From the NCBI GenBank assembly GCA_964016885.1, contig OZ024753.1, positions 23,746,001-23,810,000 of the forward strand: DNA of 64,000 bases, read 5' to 3'. Positions 42,001 through 57,000 of this stretch are shown here, piece by piece (position 1 is the stretch's first letter; each line of letters opens with the position of its first letter). The DNA comes from Eledone cirrhosa (taxonomy: Eukaryota). A program made the position numbers and the translations under genes. Under the pieces are notes generated by a model. That model was not told where the DNA came from. It worked only from the letters and a program-made list of their open reading frames with translations, and did no database searches.

Positions 42001-45000
42001 AGAACTCAATTAATTTAAAAAAATAAATGTATGCATGTAATTATATACATAGGCATATATATATATTTTCCTAGGCTAAAAAACAGAGAAGTTACAACCA
42101 ATAAAAACCACAATATCGCACAACAGTAATAAATACGGAAGGTCAAACTTATAAGGTACCTGGAAATAAACACCTCTGGCCAATCAGGAGTAAAATATTA
42201 ATACAATAACAGAGATAGTTTAAAGCTAATCTCTGACTGGTAACCATCTCACTCAACAAACATTAGGTTGTATTTTAATATAAACCCAATTTAAGTGTTT
42301 GGGGTGCTAACAATATGTATTATGTGGAAAAGCCAGTTGCATTATTTTATGAGATATAATTAAAGTTAAAATATATCTCTCTTTCCAAACAATTGTTTCA
42401 TTATAAGTTTTCTACAAATTCGGAGAATATTTCCAGTTTATGTAGAAGCCTAATATACATTCATGTAAGAATATATTTAGGTGGGCACTTATAAATCATC
42501 AGTGGAAGCCCATTAAACTTTGATATAAGAAAAACATTTCTTACCATAGTTAAAAATCGTGTTTGTTAATTTGCTCCCTCCCGCATCGAATGACCGGCAA
42601 ATTTGAAATTCCAGCAGTTTTTGAGTGAGGAAGTATTGTAACGTCACTAAGCGGCAAGGGGAGACAACCAAGATCCACGAAAGGAGGAAAAAAAATAATA
42701 TACACGCGGGTTAATTAGCTTTTTCGAAAACATTATCAATCCAACGTGTTAAGAACTCAATTGAAATTTTAAAAATAAATATATGCGTGTATAAATTACA
42801 CACGCATATAGATATTTTCTTAGGCTAAAATCAGAGGTTGTACCTGAATAAGAAACCGCATCTCGTAACCGTAGTAAATACGGAAAGTTATGGTTTAAAG
42901 GGCAAACGGGAACGTAAATCTCCGGCCGAATTAGGAGTAAAATATAAAACACACGCAGGTTAATTAGTTATTTCAAAACCAATATCAATTCCTCGTGTAA
43001 AGAACTCAATTAATTTAAAAAAATAAATGTATGCATGTAATTATATACATAGGCATATATATATATTTTCCTAGGCTAAAAGACAGAGAAGTTACAACCA
43101 ATAAAAACCACAATATCGCACAACAGTAATAAATACGGAAGGTCAAACTTATAAGGTAGCTGGAAATAAACACCTCTGGCCAATCAAGAGTAAAATATTA
43201 ATACAATAACAGAGATAGTTTAAAGCTAATCTCTGACTGGTAACCATCTCACTCAACAAACATTAGGTTGTATTTTAATATAAACCCAATTTAAGTGTTT
43301 GGGGTGCTAACAATATGTATTATGTGGAAAAGCCAGTTGCATTATTTTATGAGATATAATTAAAGTTAAAATATATATCTCTTTCCAAACAATTGTTTCA
43401 TTATAAGTTTTCTACAAATTCGGAGAATATTTCCAGTTTATGTAGAAGCCTAATATACATGCATGTAAGAATATATTTAGGTGGGCGCTTACAAATCATC
43501 AGTGGAAGCCCATTAAACTTTGATATAAGAAAAACATTTCTTACCATAGTTAAAAATCGTGTCTGTTAATTTGCTCCCTCCCGCATCGAATGACCGGCAA
43601 ATTTGAAATTCCAGCAGTTTTTGACTGAGGAAGTATTGTAGCGTCACTAAGCGGCAAGGGGAGACAACCAAGATCCACGAAAGGAGGAAAAAATATAATA
43701 TACACGCGGGTTAATTAGCTTTTTCGAAAACATTATCAATCCAACGTGTTAAGAACTCAATTGAAATTAAAAAAATAAATATATGCGTGTATAAATTACA
43801 CACGCATATAGATATTTTCTGAGGCTAAAATCAGAGGTTGTACCTGAATGAGAAACCGCATCTCGTAAACGTAGTAAATACGGAAAGTTATGGTTTAAAG
43901 GGGAAATGGGAATGTAAATCTCCGGCCGAATTAAGAGTAAAATATAAAACACACGCAGGTTAATTAGTTATTTCAAAACCAATATCAATTCCTCGTGTAA
44001 AGAACTCAATTAATTTAAAAAAATAAATGTATGCATGTAATTATATACATAGGCATATATATATATTTTCCTAGGCTAAAAAACAGAGAAGTTACAACCA
44101 ATAAAAACCACAATATCGCACAACAGTAATAAATACGGAAGGTCAAACTTATAAGGTACCTGGAAATAAACACCTCTGGCCAATCAGGAGTAAAATATTA
44201 ATACAATAACAGAGATAGTTTAAAGCTAATCTCTGACTGGTAACCATCTCACTCAACAAACATTAGGTTGTATTTTAATATAAACCCAATTTAAGTGTTT
44301 GGGGTGCTAACAATATGTATTATGTGGAAAAGCCAGTTGCATTATTTTATGAGATATAATTAAAGTTAAAATATATCTCTCTTTCCAAACAATTGTTTCA
44401 TTATAAGTTTTCTACAAATTCGGAGAATATTTCCAGTTTATGTAGAAGCCTAATATACATTCATGTAAGAATATATTTAGGTGGGCACTTATAAATCATC
44501 AGTGGAAGCCCATTAAACTTTGATATAAGAAAAACATTTCTTACCATAGTTAAAAATCGTGTTTGTTAATTTGCTCCCTCCCGCATCGAATGACCGGCAA
44601 ATTTGAAATTCCAGCAGTTTTTGACTGAGGAAGTATTGTAGCGTCACTAAGCGGCAAGGGGAGACAACCAAGATCCACGAAAGGAGGAAAAAATATAATA
44701 TACACGCGGGTTAATTAGCTTTTTCGAAAACATTATTAATCCAACGTGTTAAGAACTCAATTGAAATTAAAAAAATAAATATATGCGTGTATAAATTACA
44801 CACGCATATAGATATTTGCTTAGGCTAAAATCAGAGGTTGTACCTGAATAAGAAACCGCCTCTCGTAACCGTAGTAAATACGGAAAGTTATGGTTTAAAG
44901 GGCAAATGGGAATGTAAATCTCCGGCCCAATTAAGAGTAAAATATAAAACACACGCAGGTTAATTAGTTATTTCAAAACCAATATCAATTCCTCGTGTAA

Positions 45001-48000
45001 AGAACTGAATTAATTAAAAAAAATAAATGTATGCATGTAATTATATACATAGGCATATATATATATTTTCCTAGGCTAAAAAACAGAGAAGTTACAACCA
45101 ATAAAAACCACAATATCGCACAACAGTAATAAATACGGAAGGTCAAACTTATAAGATACCTGGAAATAAACACCTCTGGCCAATCAAGAGTAAAATATTA
45201 ATACAATAACAGAGATAGTTTAAAGCTAATCTCTGACTGGTAACCATCTCACTCAACAAACATTTGGTTGTATTTTAATATAAACCCAATTTAAGTGTTT
45301 GGGGTGCTAACAATATGTATTATGTGGAAAAGCCAGTTGCATTATTTTATGAGATATAATTAAAGTTAAAATATATCTCTCTTTCCAAACAATTGTTTCA
45401 TTATAAGTTTTCTACAAATTCGGAGAATATTTCCAGTTTATGTAGAAGCCTAATATACATGCATGTAAGAATATATTTAAGTGGGCGCTTATAAATCATC
45501 AGTGGAAGCCCATTAAACTTTGATATAAGAAAAACATTTCTTACCATAGTTAAAAATCGTGTCTGTTAATTTGCTCCCTCCCGCATCGAATGACCGGCAA
45601 ATTTGAAATTCCAGCAGTTTTTGAGTGAGGAAGTATTGTAGCGTCACTAAGCGGCAAGGGGAGACAACCAAGATCCACGAAAGGAGGAAAAAATATAATA
45701 TACACGCGGGTTAATTAGCTTTTTCGAAAACATTATCAATCCAACGTGTTAAGAACTCAATTGAAATTTAAAAAATAAATATATGCGTGTATAAATTACA
45801 CACGCATATAGATATTTTCTTAGGCTAAAATCAGAGGTTGTACCTGAATAAGAAACCGCATCTCGTAACCGTAGTAAATACGGAAAGTTATGGTTTAAAG
45901 GGCAAATGGGAATGTAAATCTCCGGCCGAAATAAGAGTAAAATATAAAACACACGCAGGTTAATTAGTTATTTCAAAACCAATATCAATTCCTCGTGTAA
46001 AGAACTCAATTAATTAAAAAAAATAAATGTATGCATGTAATTATATACATAGGCATATATATATTTTCCTAGGCTAAAAAACAGAGAAGTTACAACCAAT
46101 AAAAACCACAATATCGCACAACAGTAATAAATACGGAAGGTCAAACTTATAAGGTACCTGGAAATAAACACCTCTGGCCAATCAAGAGTAAAATATTAAT
46201 ACAATAACAGAGATAGTTTAAACCTAATCTCTGACTGATAACCATCTCACTCAACAAACATTAGGTTGTATTTTAATATAAACCCAATTTAAGTGTTTGG
46301 TGTGCTAACAATATGTATTATGTGGAAAAGCCAGTTGCATTATTTTATGAGATATAATTAAAGTTAAAATATATCTCTCTTTCCAAACAATTGTTTCATT
46401 ATAAGTTTTCTACAAATTCGGAGAATATTTCCAGTTTATGTAGAAGCCTAATATACATTCATGTAAGAATATATTTAGGTGGGCGCTTATAAATCATCAG
46501 TGGAAGCCCATTAAACTTTGATATAAGAAAAACATTTCTTACCATAGTTAAAAATCGTGTCTGTTAATTTGCTCCCTCCCGCATCGAATGACCGGCAAAT
46601 TTGAAATTCCAGCAGTTTTTGAGTGAGGAAGTATTGTAACGTCACTAAGCGGCAAGGGGAGACAACCAAGATCCACGAAAGGAGGAAAAAAATAATATAC
46701 ACGCGGGTTAATTAGCTTTTTCGAAAACATTATTAATCCAACGTGTTAAGAACTCAATTGAAATTAAAAAAATATATATATGCGTGTATAATTTACACAC
46801 GCATATAGATATTTGCTTAGGCTAAAATCAGAGGTTGTACCTGAATGAGAAACTGCATCTCGTAACGGTAGTAAATACGGAAAGTTATGGTTTAAAGGGC
46901 AAACGGGAACGTAAATCTCCGGCCGAATTAGGAGTAAAATATAAAACACACGCAGGTTAATTAGTTATTTCAAAACCAATATCAATTCCTCGTGTAAAGA
47001 ACTCAATTAATTTAAAAAAATAAATGTATGCATGTAATTATATACATAGGCATATATATATATTTTCCTAGGCTAAAAGACAGAGAAGTTACAACCAATA
47101 AAAACCACAATATCGCACAACATTAATAAATACGGAAGGTCAAACTTATAAGATACCTGGAAATAAACACCTCTGGCCAATCAAGAGTAAAATATTAATA
47201 CAAAAACAGAGATAGTTTAAAGCTAATCTCTGACTGGTAACCATCTCACTCAACAAACATTAGGTTGTATTTTAATATAAACCCAATTTAAGTGTTTGGG
47301 GTGCTAACAATATGTATTATGTAGAAAAGCCAGTTGCATTATTTTATGAGATATAATTAAAGTTAAAATATATCTCTCTTTCCAAACAATTGTTTCATTA
47401 TAAGTTTTCTACAAATTCGGAGAATATTTCCAGTTTATGTAGAAGCCTAATATACATTCATGTAAGAATATATTTAGGTGGGCGCTTATAAATCATCAGT
47501 GGAAGCCCATTAAACTTTGATATAAGAAAAACATTTCTTAACATAGTTAAAAATCGTGTCTGTTAATTTGCTCCCTGCCGCATCGAATGACCGGCAAATT
47601 TGAAATTCCAGCAGTTTTTGACTGAGGAAGTATTGTAGCGTCACTAAGTGGGAGGGGGAGACAACCAAGATCCACGAAAGGAGGAAAAAAAAATAATATA
47701 CACGCGGGTTAATTAGTTTTTTCGAAAACATTATCAATCTGACTGGTAACCATCTCACTCAACAAACATTAGGTTGTATTTTAATATGAACCCAATTTAA
47801 GTGTTTGGGGTGCTAACAATATGTATTATGTGGAAAAGCCAGTTGCATTATTTTATGAGATATAATTAAAGTTAAAATATATCTCTCTTTCCAAACAATT
47901 GTTTCATTATAAGTTTTCTACAAATTCGGAGAATATTTCCAGTTTATGTAGAAGCCTAATATACATTCATGTAAGAATATATTTAGGTGGGCGCCTATAA

Positions 48001-51000
48001 ATCATCAGTGGAAGCCCATTAAACTTTGATATAAGAAAAACATTTCTTAACATAGTTAAAAATCGTGTCTGTTAATTTGCTCCCTCCCGCATCGAATGAC
48101 CGGCAAATTTGAAATTCCAGCAGTTTTTGACTGAGGAAGTATTGTAGCGTCACTAAGTGGGGGGGGGGAGACAACCAAGATCCACGAAAGGAGGAAAAAA
48201 AAATAATGTACACGCGGGTTAATTAGTTTTTTCGAAAACATTATCAATCTGACTGGTAACCATCTCACTCAACAAACATTAGGTTGTATTTTAATATAAA
48301 CCCAATTTAAGTGTTTGGGGTGCTAACAATATGTATTATGTGGAAAAGCCAGTTGCATTATTTTATGAGATATAATTAAAGTTAAAATATATCTCTCTTT
48401 CCAAACAATTGTTTTATTATAAGTTTTCTACAAATTCGGAGAATATTTCCAGTTTATGTAGAAGCCTAATATACATTCATGTAAGAATATATTTAGGTGG
48501 GCGCTTATAAATCATCAGTGGAAGCCCATTAAACTTTGATATAAGAAAAACATTTCTTACCATAGTTAAAAATCGTGTCTGTTAATTTGCTCCCTCCCGC
48601 ATCGAATGACCGGCAAATTTGAAACTCCAGCAGTTTTTGTAACATCACTAAGCGGCAAGGGGAGACAACAAAGATCCTCGAAAGTAGGAACAAAAATAAT
48701 ATACACGCGGTTTAATTAGCTTTTTCGAAAACATTATCAATCCAACGTGTTAAGAACTCAATTGAAATTTAAAAAATATATATATGCGTGTATAATTTAC
48801 ACACGCATATAGATATTTTCTTAGGCTAAAATCAGAGTTTGTACCTGAATAAGAAACCGCACCTCGTAACCGTAGTAAATACGGAAAGTTATGGTTTAAA
48901 GGGCAAATGGGAATGTAAATCTCCGGCCGAATTAAGAGTAAAATATAAAACACACGCAGGTTAATTAGTTATTTCAAAACCAATATCAATTCCTCGTGTA
49001 AAGAACTCAATTAATTTAAAAAAATAAATGCATGCATGTAATTATATACATAGGCATATATATATTTTCCTAGGCTAAAAAACAGAGAAGTTACAACCAA
49101 TAAAAACCACAATATCGCACAACAGTAATAAATACGGAAGGTCAAACTTATAAGGTACCTGGAAATAAACACCTCTGGCCAATCAAGAGTAAAATATTAA
49201 TACAATAACAGAGATAGTTTAAAGCTAATCTCTGACTGGTAACCATCTCACTCAACAAACATTAGGTTGTATTTTAATATAAACCCAATTTAAGTGTTTG
49301 GGGTGCTAACAATATGTATTATGTGGAAAAGCCAGTTGCATTATTTTATGAGATATAATTAAAGTTAAAATATATCTCTCTTTCCAAACAATTGTTTCAT
49401 TATAAGTTTTCTACAAATTCGGAGAATATTTCCAGTTTATGTAGAAGCCTAATATACATTCATGTAAGAATATATTTAGGTGGGCGCTTATAAATCATCA
49501 GTGGAAGCCCATTAAACTTTGATATAAGAAAAACTTTTCTTACCATAGTTAAAAATCGTGTCTGTTAATTTGCTCCCTCCCGCATCGAATGACCGGCAAA
49601 TTTGAAATTCCAGCAGTTTTTTACTAAGGAAGTTTTGTAGCGTCACTAAGCGGCAAGGGGAGACAACCAAGATCCACGAAAGGAGGAAAAAAAAATAATA
49701 TACACGCGGGTTAATTAGCTTTTTCGAAAACATTATCAATCCAACGTGTTAAGAACTCAATTGAAATTAAAAAAATAAATATATGCGTGTATAAATTACA
49801 CACGCATATTGATATTTTCTTAGGTTAAAATCAGAGGTTGTACCTGAATAAGAAACCGCATCTCGTAACCGTAGTAAATACGGAAAGTTATGGTTTAAAG
49901 GGCAAATGGGAATGTAAATCTCCGGCCGAATTAAGAGTAAAATATAAAGCACACACAGGTTAATTAGTTATTTCAAAACCAATATCAATTCCTCGTGTAA
50001 AGAACTCAATTAATTTAAAAAAATAAATGTATGCATGTAATTATATACATAGGCATATATATATATTTTCCTAGGCTAAAAAACAGAGAAGTTACAACTA
50101 ATAAAAACCACAATATCGCACAACAGTAATAAATACGGAAGGTCAAACTTATAAGATACCTGGAAATAAACACCTCTGGCCAATCAAGAGTAAACTATTA
50201 ATACAATAACAGAGATAGTTTAAAGCTAATCTCTGACTGGTAACCATCTCACTCAACAAACATTAGGTTGTATTTTAATATAAACCCAATTTAAGTGTTT
50301 GGGGTGCTAACAATATGTATTATGTGGAAAAGCCAGTTGCATTATTTTATGAGATATAATTAAAGTTAAAATATATCTCTCTTTCCAAACAATTGTTTCA
50401 TTATAAGTTTTCTACAAATTCGGAGAATATTTCCAGTTTATGTAGAAGCCTAATATACATTCATGTAAGAATATATTTAGGTGGGCGCTTATAAATCATC
50501 AGTGGAAGCCCATTAAACTTTGATATAAGAAAAACTTTTCTTACCATAGTTAAAAATCGTGTCTGTTAATTTGCTCCCTCCCGCATCGAATGACCGGCAA
50601 ATTTGAAATTCCAGCAGTTTTTTACTAAGGAAGTATTGTAGCGTCACTAAGCGGCAAGGGGAGACAACCAAGATCCACGAAAGGAGGAAAAAAAATAATA
50701 TACACGCGGGTTAATTAGCTTTTTCGAAAACATTATCAATCCAACGTGTTAAGAACTCAATTGAAATTAAAAAAATAAATATATGCGTGTATAAATTACA
50801 CACGCATATAGATATTTTCTGAGGCTAAAATCAGAGGTTGTACCTGAATGAGAAACCGCATCTCGTAAACGTAGTAAATACGGAAAGTTATGGTTTAAAG
50901 GGGAAATGGGAATGTAAATCTCCGGCCGAATTAAGAGTAAAATATAAAACACACGCAGGTTAATTAGTTATTTCAAAACCAATATCAATTCCTCGTGTAA

Positions 51001-54000
51001 AGAACTCAATTAATTTAAAAAAATAAATGTATGCATGTAATTATATACATAGGCATATATATATATTTTCCTAGGCTAAAAAACAGAGAAGTTACAACCA
51101 ATAAAAACCATAATATCGCACAACAGTAATAAATACGGAAGGTCAAACTTATAAGGTACCTGGAAATAAACACCTCTGGCCAATCAGGAGTAAAATATTA
51201 ATACAATAACAGAGATAGTTTAAAGCTAATCTCTGACTGGTAACCATCTCACTCAACAAACATTAGGTTGTATTTTAATATAAACCCAATTTAAGTGTTT
51301 GGGGTGCTAACAATATGTATTATGTGGAAAAGCCAGTTGCATTATTTTATGAGATATAATTAAAGTTAAAATATATCTCTCTTTCCAAACAATTGTTTCA
51401 TTATAAGTTTTCTACAAATTCGGAGAATATTTCCAGTTTATGTAGAAGCCTAATATACATTCATGTAAGAATATATTTAGGTGGGCACTTATAAATCATC
51501 AGTGGAAGCCCATTAAACTTTGATATAAGAAAAACATTTCTTACCATAGTTAAAAATCGTGTTTGTTAATTTGCTCCCTCCCGCATCGAATGACCGGCAA
51601 ATTTGAAATTCCAGCAGTTTTTGACTGAGGAAGTATTGTAGCGTCACTAAGCGGCAAGGGGAGACAACCAAGATCCACGAAAGGAGGAAAAAATATAATA
51701 TACACGCGGGTTAATTAGCTTTTTCGAAAACATTATTAATCCAACGTGTTAAGAACTCAATTGAAATTAAAAAAATAAATATATGCGTGTATAAATTACA
51801 CACGCATATAGATATTTGCTTAGGCTAAAATCAGAGGTTGTACCTGAATAAGAAACCGCCTCTCGTAACCGTAGTAAATACGGAAAGTTATGGTTTAAAG
51901 GGCAAATGGGAATGTAAATCTCCGGCCCAATTAAGAGTAAAATATAAAACACACGCAGGTTAATTAGTTATTTCAAAACCAATATCAATTCCTCGTGTAA
52001 AGAACTGAATTAATTAAAAAAAATAAATGTATGCATGTAATTATATACATAGGCATATATATATATTTTCCTAGGCTAAAAAACAGAGAAGTTACAACCA
52101 ATAAAAACCACAATATCGCACAACAGTAATAAATACGGAAGGTCAAACTTATAAGATACCTGGAAATAAACACCTCTGGCCAATCAAGAGTAAAATATTA
52201 ATACAATAACAGAGATAGTTTAAAGCTAATCTCTGACTGGTAACCATCTCACTCAACAAACATTTGGTTGTATTTTAATATAAACCCAATTTAAGTGTTT
52301 GGGGTGCTAACAATATGTATTATGTGGAAAAGCCAGTTGCATTATTTTATGAGATATAATTAAAGTTAAAATATATCTCTCTTTCCAAACAATTGTTTCA
52401 TTATAAGTTTTCTACAAATTCGGAGAATATTTCCAGTTTATGTAGAAGCCTAATATACATGCATGTAAGAATATATTTAAGTGGGCGCTTATAAATCATC
52501 AGTGGAAGCCCATTAAACTTTGATATAAGAAAAACATTTCTTACCATAGTTAAAAATCGTGTCTGTTAATTTGCTCCCTCCCGCATCGAATGACCGGCAA
52601 ATTTGAAATTCCAGCAGTTTTTGAGTGAGGAAGTATTGTAGCGTCACTAAGCGGCAAGGGGAGACAACCAAGATCCACGAAAGGAGGAAAAAATATAATA
52701 TACACGCGGGTTAATTAGCTTTTTCGAAAACATTATCAATCCAACGTGTTAAGAACTCAATTGAAATTTAAAAAATAAATATATGCGTGTATAAATTACA
52801 CACGCATATAGATATTTTCTTAGGCTAAAATCAGAGGTTGTACCTGAATAAGAAACCGCATCTCGTAACCGTAGTAAATACGGAAAGTTATGGTTTAAAG
52901 GGCAAATGGGAATGTAAATCTCCGGCCGAAATAAGAGTAAAATATAAAACACACGCAGGTTAATTAGTTATTTCAAAACCAATATCAATTCCTCGTGTAA
53001 AGAACTCAATTAATTAAAAAAAATAAATGTATGCATGTAATTATATACATAGGCATATATATATTTTCCTAGGCTAAAAAACAGAGAAGTTACAACCAAT
53101 AAAAACCACAATATCGCACAACAGTAATAAATACGGAAGGTCAAACTTATAAGGTACCTGGAAATAAACACCTCTGGCCAATCAAGAGTAAAATATTAAT
53201 ACAATAACAGAGATAGTTTAAACCTAATCTCTGACTGATAACCATCTCACTCAACAAACATTAGGTTGTATTTTAATATAAACCCAATTTAAGTGTTTGG
53301 TGTGCTAACAATATGTATTATGTGGAAAAGCCAGTTGCATTATTTTATGAGATATAATTAAAGTTAAAATATATCTCTCTTTCCAAACAATTGTTTCATT
53401 ATAAGTTTTCTACAAATTCGGAGAATATTTCCAGTTTATGTAGAAGCCTAATATACATTCATGTAAGAATATATTTAGGTGGGCGCTTATAAATCATCAG
53501 TGGAAGCCCATTAAACTTTGATATAAGAAAAACATTTCTTACCATAGTTAAAAATCGTGTCTGTTAATTTGCTCCCTCCCGCATCGAATGACCGGCAAAT
53601 TTGAAATTCCAGCAGTTTTTGAGTGAGGAAGTATTGTAACGTCACTAAGCGGCAAGGGGAGACAACCAAGATCCACGAAAGGAGGAAAAAAATAATATAC
53701 ACGCGGGTTAATTAGCTTTTTCGAAAACATTATTAATCCAACGTGTTAAGAACTCAATTGAAATTAAAAAAATATATATATGCGTGTATAATTTACACAC
53801 GCATATAGATATTTGCTTAGGCTAAAATCAGAGGTTGTACCTGAATGAGAAACTGCATCTCGTAACGGTAGTAAATACGGAAAGTTATGGTTTAAAGGGC
53901 AAACGGGAACGTAAATCTCCGGCCGAATTAGGAGTAAAATATAAAACACACGCAGGTTAATTAGTTATTTCAAAACCAATATCAATTCCTCGTGTAAAGA

Positions 54001-57000
54001 ACTCAATTAATTTAAAAAAATAAATGTATGCATGTAATTATATACATAGGCATATATATATATTTTCCTAGGCTAAAAGACAGAGAAGTTACAACCAATA
54101 AAAACCACAATATCGCACAACATTAATAAATACGGAAGGTCAAACTTATAAGATACCTGGAAATAAACACCTCTGGCCAATCAAGAGTAAAATATTAATA
54201 CAAAAACAGAGATAGTTTAAAGCTAATCTCTGACTGGTAACCATCTCACTCAACAAACATTAGGTTGTATTTTAATATAAACCCAATTTAAGTGTTTGGG
54301 GTGCTAACAATATGTATTATGTAGAAAAGCCAGTTGCATTATTTTATGAGATATAATTAAAGTTAAAATATATCTCTCTTTCCAAACAATTGTTTCATTA
54401 TAAGTTTTCTACAAATTCGGAGAATATTTCCAGTTTATGTAGAAGCCTAATATACATTCATGTAAGAATATATTTAGGTGGGCGCTTATAAATCATCAGT
54501 GGAAGCCCATTAAACTTTGATATAAGAAAAACATTTCTTAACATAGTTAAAAATCGTGTCTGTTAATTTGCTCCCTGCCGCATCGAATGACCGGCAAATT
54601 TGAAATTCCAGCAGTTTTTGACTGAGGAAGTATTGTAGCGTCACTAAGTGGGAGGGGGAGACAACCAAGATCCACGAAAGGAGGAAAAAAAAATAATATA
54701 CACGCGGGTTAATTAGTTTTTTCGAAAACATTATCAATCTGACTGGTAACCATCTCACTCAACAAACATTAGGTTGTATTTTAATATGAACCCAATTTAA
54801 GTGTTTGGGGTGCTAACAATATGTATTATGTGGAAAAGCCAGTTGCATTATTTTATGAGATATAATTAAAGTTAAAATATATCTCTCTTTCCAAACAATT
54901 GTTTCATTATAAGTTTTCTACAAATTCGGAGAATATTTCCAGTTTATGTAGAAGCCTAATATACATTCATGTAAGAATATATTTAGGTGGGCGCCTATAA
55001 ATCATCAGTGGAAGCCCATTAAACTTTGATATAAGAAAAACATTTCTTAACATAGTTAAAAATCGTGTCTGTTAATTTGCTCCCTCCCGCATCGAATGAC
55101 CGGCAAATTTGAAATTCCAGCAGTTTTTGACTGAGGAAGTATTGTAGCGTCACTAAGTGGGGGGGGGGAGACAACCAAGATCCACGAAAGGAGGAAAAAA
55201 AAATAATGTACACGCGGGTTAATTAGTTTTTTCGAAAACATTATCAATCTGACTGGTAACCATCTCACTCAACAAACATTAGGTTGTATTTTAATATAAA
55301 CCCAATTTAAGTGTTTGGGGTGCTAACAATATGTATTATGTGGAAAAGCCAGTTGCATTATTTTATGAGATATAATTAAAGTTAAAATATATCTCTCTTT
55401 CCAAACAATTGTTTTATTATAAGTTTTCTACAAATTCGGAGAATATTTCCAGTTTATGTAGAAGCCTAATATACATTCATGTAAGAATATATTTAGGTGG
55501 GCGCTTATAAATCATCAGTGGAAGCCCATTAAACTTTGATATAAGAAAAACATTTCTTACCATAGTTAAAAATCGTGTCTGTTAATTTGCTCCCTCCCGC
55601 ATCGAATGACCGGCAAATTTGAAACTCCAGCAGTTTTTGTAACATCACTAAGCGGCAAGGGGAGACAACAAAGATCCTCGAAAGTAGGAACAAAAATAAT
55701 ATACACGCGGTTTAATTAGCTTTTTCGAAAACATTATCAATCCAACGTGTTAAGAACTCAATTGAAATTTAAAAAATATATATATGCGTGTATAATTTAC
55801 ACACGCATATAGATATTTTCTTAGGCTAAAATCAGAGTTTGTACCTGAATAAGAAACCGCACCTCGTAACCGTAGTAAATACGGAAAGTTATGGTTTAAA
55901 GGGCAAATGGGAATGTAAATCTCCGGCCGAATTAAGAGTAAAATATAAAACACACGCAGGTTAATTAGTTATTTCAAAACCAATATCAATTCCTCGTGTA
56001 AAGAACTCAATTAATTTAAAAAAATAAATGCATGCATGTAATTATATACATAGGCATATATATATTTTCCTAGGCTAAAAAACAGAGAAGTTACAACCAA
56101 TAAAAACCACAATATCGCACAACAGTAATAAATACGGAAGGTCAAACTTATAAGGTACCTGGAAATAAACACCTCTGGCCAATCAAGAGTAAAATATTAA
56201 TACAATAACAGAGATAGTTTAAAGCTAATCTCTGACTGGTAACCATCTCACTCAACAAACATTAGGTTGTATTTTAATATAAACCCAATTTAAGTGTTTG
56301 GGGTGCTAACAATATGTATTATGTGGAAAAGCCAGTTGCATTATTTTATGAGATATAATTAAAGTTAAAATATATCTCTCTTTCCAAACAATTGTTTCAT
56401 TATAAGTTTTCTACAAATTCGGAGAATATTTCCAGTTTATGTAGAAGCCTAATATACATTCATGTAAGAATATATTTAGGTGGGCGCTTATAAATCATCA
56501 GTGGAAGCCCATTAAACTTTGATATAAGAAAAACTTTTCTTACCATAGTTAAAAATCGTGTCTGTTAATTTGCTCCCTCCCGCATCGAATGACCGGCAAA
56601 TTTGAAATTCCAGCAGTTTTTTACTAAGGAAGTTTTGTAGCGTCACTAAGCGGCAAGGGGAGACAACCAAGATCCACGAAAGGAGGAAAAAAAAATAATA
56701 TACACGCGGGTTAATTAGCTTTTTCGAAAACATTATCAATCCAACGTGTTAAGAACTCAATTGAAATTAAAAAAATAAATATATGCGTGTATAAATTACA
56801 CACGCATATTGATATTTTCTTAGGTTAAAATCAGAGGTTGTACCTGAATAAGAAACCGCATCTCGTAACCGTAGTAAATACGGAAAGTTATGGTTTAAAG
56901 GGCAAATGGGAATGTAAATCTCCGGCCGAATTAAGAGTAAAATATAAAACACACACAGGTTAATTAGTTATTTCAAAACCAATATCAATTCCTCGTGTAA

